A stretch of 64,000 nucleotides of DNA from Eledone cirrhosa (lineage: Eukaryota), in the NCBI GenBank assembly GCA_964016885.1, contig OZ024746.1:99634001-99698000 (forward strand), given 5' to 3'. The notes beneath the pieces were generated by a model. It saw only the letters and a list, made by a program, of their open reading frames with translations, was not told the origin of the DNA and ran no database searches. Both the position numbers and the translations under genes were made by a program. Positions 53,917 through 64,000 of the stretch are shown piece by piece. Position 1 is the stretch's first letter. Each line of letters begins with the position of its first letter.

Positions 53917-56900
53917 TTGAGAGTTGGCTGTTTGAACGCGCGTGGCCTGAGCTCAGCTTGGAAGCAAGCAAAGCTTCTAAGTGACCTCAGGTCACAAAGT
54001 ATAGATGTGATGGTTGTTTGCGAGAGTCGGATCAGCAGCGTGAGACAGCTGGCGCCCGCCTTCGATGACTTTGAGATGCACGCATCTCTCTGTCAACCCG
54101 GAGGCGGGGGGGGGGGGGGAGTTGCCGTACTGCTGGATAAACGTCTGACTCTCGACGTACAGATTGTTCACTCGGACCCGGGGGGTCGATTACTGGTGCT
54201 GGACGTCGGAGGTGGTGAAGGCGGGGCTTTCAGACTGGTCGGTCTTTATGCTCCCTTCGGGGCGGAAAGAGCCGACTTCTTCCAACGTCTGGAGACTTTT
54301 CTAGGAACGTCGCGTTCCCTGCTTTTAGTGGGGGACTGGAATGGAATCCTAGATGCGCGTTGGGACTATGCAGGGGCATGTCCTGATAGAGGGGGGTGTA
54401 GCAGCCTCAAGGGGTTACTCGATCGATTCGACCTGGTCGATAGATTTCGACTAGATTGTCCAACTGCGCCAACCTGGACCTGGGCAAACCGCAGTGGACA
54501 ATCTAGATCGTACCTAGATAGGTTTTTGGTTAGGAGTAAGGATAGGGACGTATTTAGTTGTCCAGAACTGATCATGGTTGGCTATTCAGATCACAAATTA
54601 GTGACCTGCGTGGTCAACCTTGATAGAACGCATAGACAGGGTCCCGGTTACTGGAAGATGAACTTGTCCTTACCGACAAAGAAAGATTACAGAAACCGGA
54701 TTAGTAGCTTAGTTAAGATGCGGTTGACGGGAGCGATCGTCAACAGTAGGTGGTGGATATCTCTAAAGAGAGAGATTAGAGTAAGTTCGATAGGTTACAG
54801 TAAGGAACTAGCGGCGAATAGAGATAGGAGGGAAAGGGAGTTAACAGATAAACTAGAAGAGGCGATTAGGAGCGGAGACGTAGCCAGAGTGTTAGCGACG
54901 AGAACGGCATTGAGCCAGTTCTTTGACGCGAAGCACGAAGGCTGCGTTGTCCGAAGTAAAATACGTGCTTTAGGAAACGAGGGGACCAAAGCTGTTAGCT
55001 GGGCCCGCGTGACAGAAGCCAAGAGTGGGATTAAATCCACCATTCGGTCTTTGCGAGACCAGGATGGACGGGTGATCCTTGAACCTGAGCGAATGTGCGA
55101 GACCTTTCAAAGGCACTTTGCTCGACTGTTCGGAGGTGGCGGGGGGCCGGACGGGGATGTGGACTTCGGTCCATACCTCGACGGTCTACCGCGTCTTTCG
55201 AGCGGCGAAGCGGAGTGCTGCGAAGGGCCAATCACAGCCACTGAAATCGGGGAAGCGCTCAGCCAATGCAGCAGACGCAAATCCCCGGGTCTCGATGGTC
55301 TACCATACGAACTTTATTTAGCTATGCCGGTCTTGTTCTCCGAACTCCTCGAGGCTGTCTATTGCAACTGGCAACACAACGGGAGAAATCCCTGTTCTGT
55401 GACCAAGGGCGTGGTCACGCTAGTGAGGAAGGACGAGAGCAAGGGGGACGACTTAAGTAACTTTAGGCCCATAACTCTGCTGAATGCAGAGTTACAGATT
55501 TTGGCCAAGGTGTTGGCGAAGAGGTTGGCGCTTGTGGTGGGTGGTTTGGTGGGAGACGCGCAGACATGCGCTATCCCGTCCAGGTCCATTCACGACAACC
55601 TCCACCTCATGCGATACATCATAGAGAGGGTTGGCTACGAACCCGGCTTTGGTGGGGCCCTGATCAACTTGGATCAATCTAAGGCGTTCGATAGGGTCGA
55701 CCATGGTTACCTGGATGCGGTGCTAGCGGCGGCGGGCTTCGGACCCGTTTTCAGGGGCTGGATTTCTGCCATGCACAGTGGCAACATCTACTCTAGGATT
55801 AAAGTAAACGGCTACCTCTCGGAGCCGTTTCAAATCACCCGATCCATCAGACAGGGGTGCCCCCTCTCCTCCCTTCTGTACGTATTGACTCTCGAGCCAC
55901 TGCTGCGGAAGTTGGAGTTGCTGCGGGGCATACCCCTGGAACCGGGATTGCACAAAGCGGTCTCGGCCTATGCCGACGACGTAACAGTAATGGTGGCGGA
56001 CGCCTCGGAAATCGGGGCGATCGCCACCCTACTGGAGGAATACGAAAGGCTGACGGGGGCTAAGCTGAACCAGGACAAGTCAGTCGGTTTGCAACTCGAA
56101 ACGTGGAGGGGCAAACCGATGCCGTTAGACGGTGTCGTCGGGCGGTGGACGGAGGGCCCGGTGAAGCTGCTCGGGGTCTGGTTCGGACCGGACCTCCAGG
56201 TGGAGAAGAATTGGGGCGAGGTGACGAGCAGGGTGTTTGCGCTGACCCAGAAGTGGGCCAAGTGCAAACTATCACTGAAAGGTCGGGCGGAGGTGACGAA
56301 CGCTTACATAGCGTCCGTCATCTACTACCGCCTGACCGTCGTGCCTTGCCCCAAGGAAAAGCTCACCATCATGGAACGCATGCTCTTCCAGTTCCTCTGG
56401 AAGAAGCGGCCTCCCATGGTGAGGAGATCCATCTGCTGCCAGCACCCTTCGAAAGGAGGGCTGGGTATGCCGTGGCTGTTGATGCGTAGGCACGCATTGA
56501 GGCTACGGCATCTACAGGTATTCCTCAACGGTCAGCCGGTGTGGGCCCCGTTTGTGAGGCGAGCCTTCCCACAGCTCGTCTCTCTCACCGAACTGCAATC
56601 CTGGGTGAAGCAAAGACCGAGAAAACTGGGCAACTGGCACACTGAGTGTGCCCAGGCGCTCACGGCTATCTGGCAAGCGGACCCGACTGTCAGTGGAGAA
56701 TCCACCTCGACATTCTATAGAGGGTTGGTGGCTAGCAGGGGCGACGACACCCTTGGAGAGTCGCTAGGCATGGAGGAGGACGAACTGGCCAGCCTATTCG
56801 GTAGAACTTTCGGCCCGGGACCCATGGACAACTTCCAGAGGTCCCTAGCCTGGCAGTGTTACCGGGGGGCTCTGCCCGTTCGAGAAAAGCTCTACAGACA

Positions 56901-57351
56901 CGGGCGCCCGGGCAGGGATCCCGCGAAAAAGATCTGTCCCAGATGCGTGCGCGACGAGGAAACCGTTGCGCATGCACTGGTACACTGCCCGGGCGTTGCC
57001 GATCTGTGGGGCTACGTCGAACGACTGCTGTCGCGTGTGGCGCCGATTCGATTAACCGCCGAGTCTGTGGTGAACATCAAGCCGCCTCCTCCCTTCAGAA
57101 ATGAAGCAGAGGCGGTCTTTCTGTGTGTAATAGCCATGATGAAAGAGGTTGTGTGGTGGACGCGCCTGAAAGGTCTGAGGTCGGGTGACTTTCTCTCCGG
57201 CCATCACCTGGTTTACTTCTTCCGATACCACTTCGGAAGAAGAATCAGGATGGAGAGAGAAGTGCTTGGTCCCAGACAGTTTTATGAAAGGTGGGTGAAA
57301 GAAGCGAGAATGGCCCGTGTAAATGGGCCTTCTCTCTACATTGTTCTGTAG
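53917..57351 (+). CDS. Copy B ORF2, uninterrupted 1144 aa: APE endonuclease, reverse transcriptase, C-terminal CCHC
   Basis: LNARGL, GDWN, SYLDRF, SDH; SPGLDG, RPITLLN, DQSKAFDRV, RQGCPLS, YADD; CPRC..ETVAHALVHC. The presumed initiator is ATA at 53908 (ATG in copy A). Confidence 0.93.
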   Translation: MRVGCLNARGLSSAWKQAKLLSDLRSQSIDVMVVCESRISSVRQLAPAFDDFEMHASLCQPGGGGGGGVAVLLDKRLTLDVQIVHSDPGGRLLVLDVGGGEGGAFRLVGLYAPFGAERADFFQRLETFLGTSRSLLLVGDWNGILDARWDYAGACPDRGGCSSLKGLLDRFDLVDRFRLDCPTAPTWTWANRSGQSRSYLDRFLVRSKDRDVFSCPELIMVGYSDHKLVTCVVNLDRTHRQGPGYWKMNLSLPTKKDYRNRISSLVKMRLTGAIVNSRWWISLKREIRVSSIGYSKELAANRDRRERELTDKLEEAIRSGDVARVLATRTALSQFFDAKHEGCVVRSKIRALGNEGTKAVSWARVTEAKSGIKSTIRSLRDQDGRVILEPERMCETFQRHFARLFGGGGGPDGDVDFGPYLDGLPRLSSGEAECCEGPITATEIGEALSQCSRRKSPGLDGLPYELYLAMPVLFSELLEAVYCNWQHNGRNPCSVTKGVVTLVRKDESKGDDLSNFRPITLLNAELQILAKVLAKRLALVVGGLVGDAQTCAIPSRSIHDNLHLMRYIIERVGYEPGFGGALINLDQSKAFDRVDHGYLDAVLAAAGFGPVFRGWISAMHSGNIYSRIKVNGYLSEPFQITRSIRQGCPLSSLLYVLTLEPLLRKLELLRGIPLEPGLHKAVSAYADDVTVMVADASEIGAIATLLEEYERLTGAKLNQDKSVGLQLETWRGKPMPLDGVVGRWTEGPVKLLGVWFGPDLQVEKNWGEVTSRVFALTQKWAKCKLSLKGRAEVTNAYIASVIYYRLTVVPCPKEKLTIMERMLFQFLWKKRPPMVRRSICCQHPSKGGLGMPWLLMRRHALRLRHLQVFLNGQPVWAPFVRRAFPQLVSLTELQSWVKQRPRKLGNWHTECAQALTAIWQADPTVSGESTSTFYRGLVASRGDDTLGESLGMEEDELASLFGRTFGPGPMDNFQRSLAWQCYRGALPVREKLYRHGRPGRDPAKKICPRCVRDEETVAHALVHCPGVADLWGYVERLLSRVAPIRLTAESVVNIKPPPPFRNEAEAVFLCVIAMMKEVVWWTRLKGLRSGDFLSGHHLVYFFRYHFGRRIRMEREVLGPRQFYERWVKEARMARVNGPSLYIVL

Positions 57352-57581
57352 GTGAAGAAGTGAAGAGGAAAGGGGGAGCGCCTCCTCTCTGGGCTTCCCC
57401 GCGAAAAGAGTTGCACACTTTTCGGGGGTATGTGCAATCCCCAACACGCCCCCTCCCTTTTGAGGACTTTTTATTGTTATATTATTATTGTTATTCCTTT
57501 TTTCTTTACTCGAATTATTTAAACTCCCCCACTGTGTAAATGTCCCCTTCTTTTGTGCCCTCGTGGCAAATAAATAGAAAT

Positions 57582-57652
<71 letters not shown>

Positions 57653-57865
57653 ACTATTTAGAAAGAAAGAGAGAGGAGCTACACCCCAGTAAATTCGCTG
57701 AAAGGTGGGTGAATATGGTGAAAATGTCCCGAGTGAATGGGCCTTCTCTGTATATAAACCTTTGGTTGAGGAAGACAGAGGGCGGACGGGACCAACCCCG
57801 CAGTAACGTTCTCCCCCATTGGGGATTTCGATTGTTTTATTGTCCCATTTTTGTTCGCCCTTGTC
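57653..57865 (+). mobile_element. Tx1 copy C, short diverged 3'-terminal fragment
   Basis: ERWVNMVKMSRVNGPSLYINL is the same C-terminus as A and B. It starts immediately after (TATC)n and is followed by CTAT repeats. Confidence 0.8.
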
Positions 57866-58319
57866 TACCTACCTATCTATCTGTGTCTTCTTTATTTATT
57901 TCTCTCTCTTTTTCTTTCTTTCCTTCTTTTTTTCTTTCTACCTCTTTGTCTCCCTATCTCTCCATCTCTCTATCTATCAGTTTACTGATTGATCTGTCTA
58001 ATCGATCGATCTCTCATTCATCTCTGACCCTTCTCTCTCCCTCGATCTCTATCACTCCCTCTATGTATCTATCTATGTCTCTTCTTTCTCTCTTTCTTTC
58101 CTTCTTTCATTCTTTCTTTCTATCGTTTTCTCCCCTATGTCACCATCTATCTATCTATCAAACCCCTCATTGATCTGTCTAATCGATCCATCTCTCACCC
58201 TCTCTCTCTCTCTCTATATATACTATATATAAAACATGTCAAACTGTCTTATACTTTCCTAGATACTCGGAGTTCCCCGAGGTAAGCCGATGTTACTCCG
58301 TTCGTCAGACATTGGAAAG

Positions 58320-58435
<116 letters not shown>

Positions 58436-58538
58436 TATATATATATATATATACATATATATACCAGTATATACCAAATATATACCAGTATTCTGGTGCG
58501 TTATGGTCCATCTGGTTCCTTAACACACTTCCTTCGAC

Positions 58539-58618
<80 letters not shown>

Positions 58619-58639
58619 ATAATAATAAATTTGAAGACT

Positions 58640-61205
58640 AAAATCCAAAGTGGGCTCGATAAGGATAAATATATATCAAATATATAAGAACCGTAGAGCA
58701 AATATTAATTAAAATAACAGATTAAAGTTTAAGCAAAGAATCGCTGCTTTCACCCTTAACGGGATCTTCTGAAACTAACAAAGTCAATCTGTGAACTCAG
58801 AAGTAAATATTTCAAAAAACGTTGCAACCGAAGGAAGACAGGAAGACGATACTTTGGTTCGTGGAAACGTTCCCTGGTATGAACGGGAAAAAACGAAGAT
58901 AATACGTCATTATTTGGAGCGGTATTAATAAAGTACCAGTAATGTACTGGGTATTTGCTGGCCTTGTGCCAAAAGTAGAAACGATTATTTGGAGCGGTGA
59001 AAAACAATTACACGCAAAGACAGAACCACGTTTATGGTATAACAGAAGTCGTAGACTAATGTTCTCTTAGGTGGTTCATAGAGATGTTCTCTGGCAATGA
59101 ACGAAAAAAACGAAGATAATACGTCATATGTGGAGCGTGGAGAACAATTGCACGCAAAGACAAAACCACGTAAATGGTATAACTGAAGTCATAGACTAAA
59201 ATTCTAAGTAGGAAACCGAATGATTCTCGGCTTCAGAGTTAAGAATAAAGTAAATATAATACAGAGGTAATAGAAATTAAATAAATACATACACGCATCC
59301 ATATACGTACATAAAGAAGCATACGCTAAAACACTCGCCATAGGTTTACAAATACAAGCACATATAAATATGTGTGTGTGTGTGTGCGTGTATACAAATA
59401 ATTAAATAAATGTATATAAATAAATAAATACGTATATAACAAGCGCACACACATACCTACATGTAAATACACAAATGTTCGGAGACGCACGTCAACCAAA
59501 ACACGAAGTACACATATACACACACACCCTACATACGTACGAACCCGCATACTGACACAGACGCAAATCTCACGTATACACATAACCAAAAGCATATGTA
59601 CCAGAATATATAAAATATACGCCATAACATATACAATCAAAGATACGTACGAGAAAGTATACGTACCTTCACAAAACATACAGGTAATATATACTTACCT
59701 ATGCAAATAAGTAATGGTATAAACATAACATATACTTAGCTACCACATCAAGACGTAAAATATCCGCGTATAGATCGTACTATCCGTTAGGGTATAATCT
59801 GGGGCTGGAATACAGGAAAGTTTTGTGCAATTTATGTTTACAAGCCGAAATTGCCTCAGATTTTTTGTTTAAGATGTGGTCTGTGGCGTAGAGTATTTCC
59901 AGGGCCTCAGCGGCGCAGAGGTCACATGGTCTTTTATTTCCGTTATATGATCTAGCCCTAGCTAGGATCTCCCAGTGTAACTTATATTGGGTGTGGTTGT
60001 CTTTTAGACTCCAGATATAAGCTGAAAGTGACGTCATATTCCTTCTTAACGAAAAGAATGGGTATGCATGTAAAGACGCTGCTTGAATCTATTGGCGGTT
60101 AACCCTATGTAGGCTCTACGGGACGTGGGTGTTTCAACCTTACATTTGTAGACAATGTTACTAGAGAGGCATTTCTCGGATAGGGGGCAATCAACCCGAT
60201 TCCTACAATTACAGTTAGTACTAACTACAGGGTTGCACGTGTTCCTACGGCTAGGTAGTTTAGCTAAATTTGAAGCTGTGATGTTATGTACAAGGTTAGG
60301 AGTCGTAGAGTAAGAAATTTTAATAGTATTTCTATTAAAAATGTTACTATATTTATGTGTAGGGGGAAAATGCTTTGTAATAAGGGATAGAAAGATCTTA
60401 GCTAATGGTGTGGCCACCTCCATATTATATGGTGGGTTATACCATATAATGCGTCGGGATCTATTTCTTCTAGGTTTATTCTCGTACTCTGTATATGCTA
60501 CCTTATCGACAAATCCACTCCGAGCAAGAGCTTCATTGTAATATGTGGAATGGTCGTTGAAAATAAGCTCGTTAGTAGATAGACGGGAAAGCCTCAAAGA
60601 AACGTTTCTTACCAGGTTCTTGGTTATGCTGGCAGGATGGTTGGAATGCTTACTTATGTAATTAAGCGTATCATTCGGCTTTCTATACGGGTAATACAAG
60701 CCATTCGATAAACTGAGGGTAACGTCGAGGTAATTAACGACCGAGAGATTGGCCTCAACCTGTATAGAGAGGTTGAAGCCTTTAAAGAAGGCTGTGAGTT
60801 CTTTTCTGAACCTGTCGCAAGCACGAGGGCCGCACTTAGTCATGGTCAAAAGACCATCATCACGGTACAAACCACCGCCTACGTTGGGGAATTCATCCTT
60901 GATAGAGAAAAGAAGGAAAAGGCCGATAAGATCAGTAACCTCCGCAGAATCGCTGGCGCCCATACTCACGTCGAATGGGGTACTATTAGATTTTTTAATC
61001 CAAATAGAGTCGTCGAAATTAATCACCGACTTACGGACATTGAGGATGACATCAACTTCGAAATCCTTAACCACTGTGAGTGTTTTAGCGAAATTGATAG
61101 CTCTAAGGAGAAATGGTAAAGTGATGGAGGGGTAGTAATTATTGATGTCGAATTGGATAAAACGGCAATGTTCCTTGTTGCATATGCCGTTGAACCAATC
61201 AATCG
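58640..61205 (-). mobile_element. 5'-truncated Penelope-like element (RT + GIY-YIG) with long 3' UTR
   Basis: Frame extends upstream of the track ORF: IDWFNGICNKEHCRFIQFDINNYYPSIT...VSMG..DSAE...GLYRDDGL...YLDVTL...YRKP...CNC...CPL..KC...VYKC...YIGLT. Stop/frameshift near 60040, then LSAYIWSLKD...CDLCAAE. A degenerate hammerhead lies at about 58740-58775. The 3' boundary is approximate. Confidence 0.88.
58924..58984 (+). mobile_element. 5'-truncated SINE A (tail only) with TSD
   Basis: TSD ATTATTTGGAGCGGT. The empty-site paralog is visible at about 59100-59200. Confidence 0.8.
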
Positions 61206-61329
61206 AATATTATATATAAAATTTCGCCGGAGATAGATTATCAAACCTTAATAAGCTTGGGTTGGGGGCATTATTTGAGACCCTAGTATACACCCTTAAC
61301 GTTATTCTCATTGCTATTCCGCGTGAGAC

Positions 61330-61520
61330 AGTATGCGACAAGGTTGATCCCTATAGAATTACTGGTCCTTCCGACGGCCTTCTAAACAGCTTCCATCTAC
61401 AGAGATTCACTTACAAGGTTTGGGCCAATCCGAGAATATGATAAATGATGGCTTGCTGTGGGATCGAACATGGGACCTCATGATTGAGAAGTGACCTTCT
61501 TAACTATTTACCCACGCTGC
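61330..61520 (-). mobile_element. Diverged tRNA-derived SINE (third family)
   Basis: Minus strand: GTTAAGAAGGTCACTT...GTTCGATCCCAC (B box) ...CCTTGTAAGTGAATCTCTGTAGATGGAAGCTG. Confidence 0.5.
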
Positions 61521-61806
61521 ATCGATATATAAAGTTTAGGTTAGACTTGAACATCTAGAGGTCGGCTGGGGAGTTCAAAGGGTGACTGTTAGGAATAAAT
61601 AGGGGAAGAAGAAGAAAATGCAATTGACAAGAGTATGTGTGTGTATGTGTGACGTCCGAACGAGTATTCTCCACCTCCGACTAACTTACACATTGCCCCC
61701 GCCCCCAACCACCCCCACCTCATTATTCCGGCCCACACCCACCCCACCTCACGATTCCGGCCCAACACGAGGGAGAATAAAACTAAAATATGTGTGTTGT
61801 CTAGCA

Positions 61807-63500
61807 CAGAGGTTCTCAACCCATTTAGGCCAAACCCTTTTGTCCCTCGAAATCACGAAACGCCCCCTACCCTATTTTTCCATTTTTCAATATACTACTG
61901 ATTTTGATATCTGTAGATTACTAAAAAATTGATTAACAATATTCCAAAGATACCATTGCAGGCAGCTGAGAGTATAAATACATTCCTTGAAAGGAAATAT
62001 ATAAATGTCAAAAAAAGGAACATAAATGTTCTTTTTTATGAATAAGGACCAGTTGAATTTGTTATATTCCCACCAGGCGATACCAACTATTTTGAACATT
62101 TATACAAGAGCAACTCTGTCTATCCCAAGAGTGCTCTTATCTGGAAGAAAGTGGCATTTCAAAGCTTTCCAATTTTCCCTTTAATGAAACGGACAGAATA
62201 AATGTTGATATCTAATTTGATGTCCCCTCCGCTTTGTGAGCTTAGAGACCATGGAAGAGGGTTTTCATGACCATATAAGAGGGTATATTTATTAGTAAAT
62301 GGTAAAATATATACAACAAATGAGTAATTGAATTGTAGTAGATGATTTCCAGTCCAGTCAGACTGCAACTATAAATAAAAAAATTGTTAGTTTGCTTTGT
62401 AACAATAGCATATCCAAGTTTTCGGATAAATCAACTTACTTTAACTTTGACCTCATTTCAATGGAACCCTTGACCTTCATGGAGTCTAGCTAACTCTTTG
62501 ACGTGAGGCTGAATTTTCCTAAGATGTAGTCAGAGATCTCCACGTGTAATTACATTGTAGCGGTTGCGGGCCTTACTGTGTAGTCTGGAAACAACACCAA
62601 ACCTCTTCTCGACTAAGTATGAGCTTGGAAAAGGCAGAGCAAATCTCAGCCTCTGCATGTAAGTGTGAAAATCAACGCTGAATTTCCTCTTGCATCCAAA
62701 ATAGGGGTTCACCTATTTTGGGAAATCTAATTTTGATCATGTCATCTGCTTGAAGTTCAATGAATTCTTCCTGAAATTTAACGTCCAAATCGTCGATGGT
62801 AGCTATGAAGGGATCTGCTATCCACATTGGGATGTCCATCGGCAAAAGGTCGACAAACCGTTCTTTCGTGTTGTCTTGTAGCGCACGGAGGTGAGCGGCA
62901 TAAATTTGGAGATGGTCATTGCTTACAATGTTTTGAACATTGGCGACACTAGGAAAATTATAGAATTCCCGTCAACAAAGATTCCTTTCGATGACATTCA
63001 ATTTGGCCAGGAAGGTTTTCACAGCAGTCCTTGCTTTAAGCAAGGTGATCTTCTTCCCCTGCATAATGACGCTATTGCATTTGTCGAAGATGTCGGCGAG
63101 GTAGGCGCAGTCTTGCCTCACATCGAGGGTTTTCTTGTAGAGTTCTGTGTTGCATCCTCAAAGAAACTCAATGATAGAGTCGAACAGTTCAAAGAAGTGA
63201 GTAAGGCACTTTCCCTTTGAAAGCCACCTCATTTCAGTATGAAGGAGCAACTTGAGGAATTCTTCGTCATTATGTTGGCACAGTTACCGGAAAATTCGTT
63301 CATTGACGGAATGGCGTTTGATAACATTGATGACATCAATGGCCACCTGCAAGGACTTGCTCAGAGGCTTGCTGAATTTCATCGCAGCCAAGTGTTGTCG
63401 ATGAATGACACAATGAACAGCAAATACAGATAGATTTTCTCTCTTCAGAAGAGTGACGAAACCCTTATGTTGGCCGACCATTGCTCTTGTGTCGTCTGTA
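61807..63500 (-). mobile_element. hAT Buster/SCAND3/ZBED5-like DNA transposon, degenerate, 5' part missing
   Basis: TDDTRAMVGQHKGFV...VHCVIHRQHL...LLLHTEMRWLSKG...LPFPSSYLVE with stops. Terminus CAGAGGTTCTCAAC is preceded by an nnnTAnnn 8-mer. Confidence 0.85.
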
Positions 63501-63504
63501 GCAA

Positions 63505-63710
63505 TGTGTGTTGTATGTAGTCCTAGATGCATGTATTACCTGCTTATGTATTGCATGTGGTCCCAGCTGTATGTATTACCTGCTTGTGCGTTGTATGTGG
63601 TCCTAGATAAGTGTATTACCTGCTTATGTGTTGTATGTGGTCCTAGATGTGTGTATTATCTGATTATGTGTTGTATGTGGTCCTAGATGTGCGTGCTACC
63701 CGCTTCTGTG
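63505..63710. repeat. About 40-bp minisatellite, about 5 copies, at the point where the hAT transposase breaks off
   Basis: TGTGTTGTATGTGGTCCTAGATGTGTGTATTACCTGCTTA units. Confidence 0.8.
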
Positions 63711-64000
63711 TTTTGTCTTTTATTTTTATTTTTTTGTAATATTATTTATACAATAGGGAATAAAATAGATCTACATAGTGTTAACTCGTTACGGTTGAGT
63801 CGATAATTTCAGACATGAAATACATTGTTATCGGTGAAGGAAAGACAAGATTCAAACTGGCTGCGCTAAAGTGTCCTTGACCCAGTTGACTGTGGGTTTT
63901 TCCATTTTTAGGGTCTCTGCACACCTGCTCACACCTGCGGTCAGACCATAGCTATGCTGTCTGTATGGTCATTCAAATGCATTCACACTGGCTGGCTGAG

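Larger units (their letters stand above)
51871..57580 (+). mobile_element. L1/Tx1-clade LINE copy B, apparently full length (about 5.7 kb)
   Basis: 5' UTR, ORF1, ORF2 and a 3' UTR ending TGCCCTCGTGGCAAATAAATAGAAA, flanked by (TATC)n. Confidence 0.93.

Noticed and set aside
48918-57447. Numerous antisense and alternate-frame ORFs within the LINEs
   Set aside because: These are shadow ORFs of GC-rich ORF2 with no independent motifs.

Overview
This is a repeat-rich eukaryotic (metazoan) window. The SINE families, dense microsatellites and minisatellites look like an octopus/coleoid cephalopod genome, which is an inference. Nearly all long ORFs in the track are tandem-repeat artefacts. The only convincing host-gene signal, missed by the ORF track, is the first coding exon of an SLC7 light-chain amino-acid transporter (MGEDSVKLKKNLGLMSGITLIVGTMI-G, 44895-44973, minus strand). 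The rest is mobile DNA: (i) a head-to-tail array of L1/Tx1-clade LINEs (47.6-57.9 kb), each bounded by (TATC)n, suggesting GATA-microsatellite targeting; (ii) two Penelope-like elements plus several long inverted repeats and hammerhead-ribozyme motifs sharing a non-canonical U-U pair at the base of stem II; (iii) about 20 copies of a tRNA-headed SINE whose 3' stem-loop and tail match the Tx1 3' end with a compensatory base-pair swap; (iv) RTE, CRE-like, Helitron, mariner, hAT/Buster and piggyBac-like relics and MITEs; (v) 21-, 29-, 39-, 60- and 72-bp tandem arrays. Coordinates were read by eye and may be off by a few bases.
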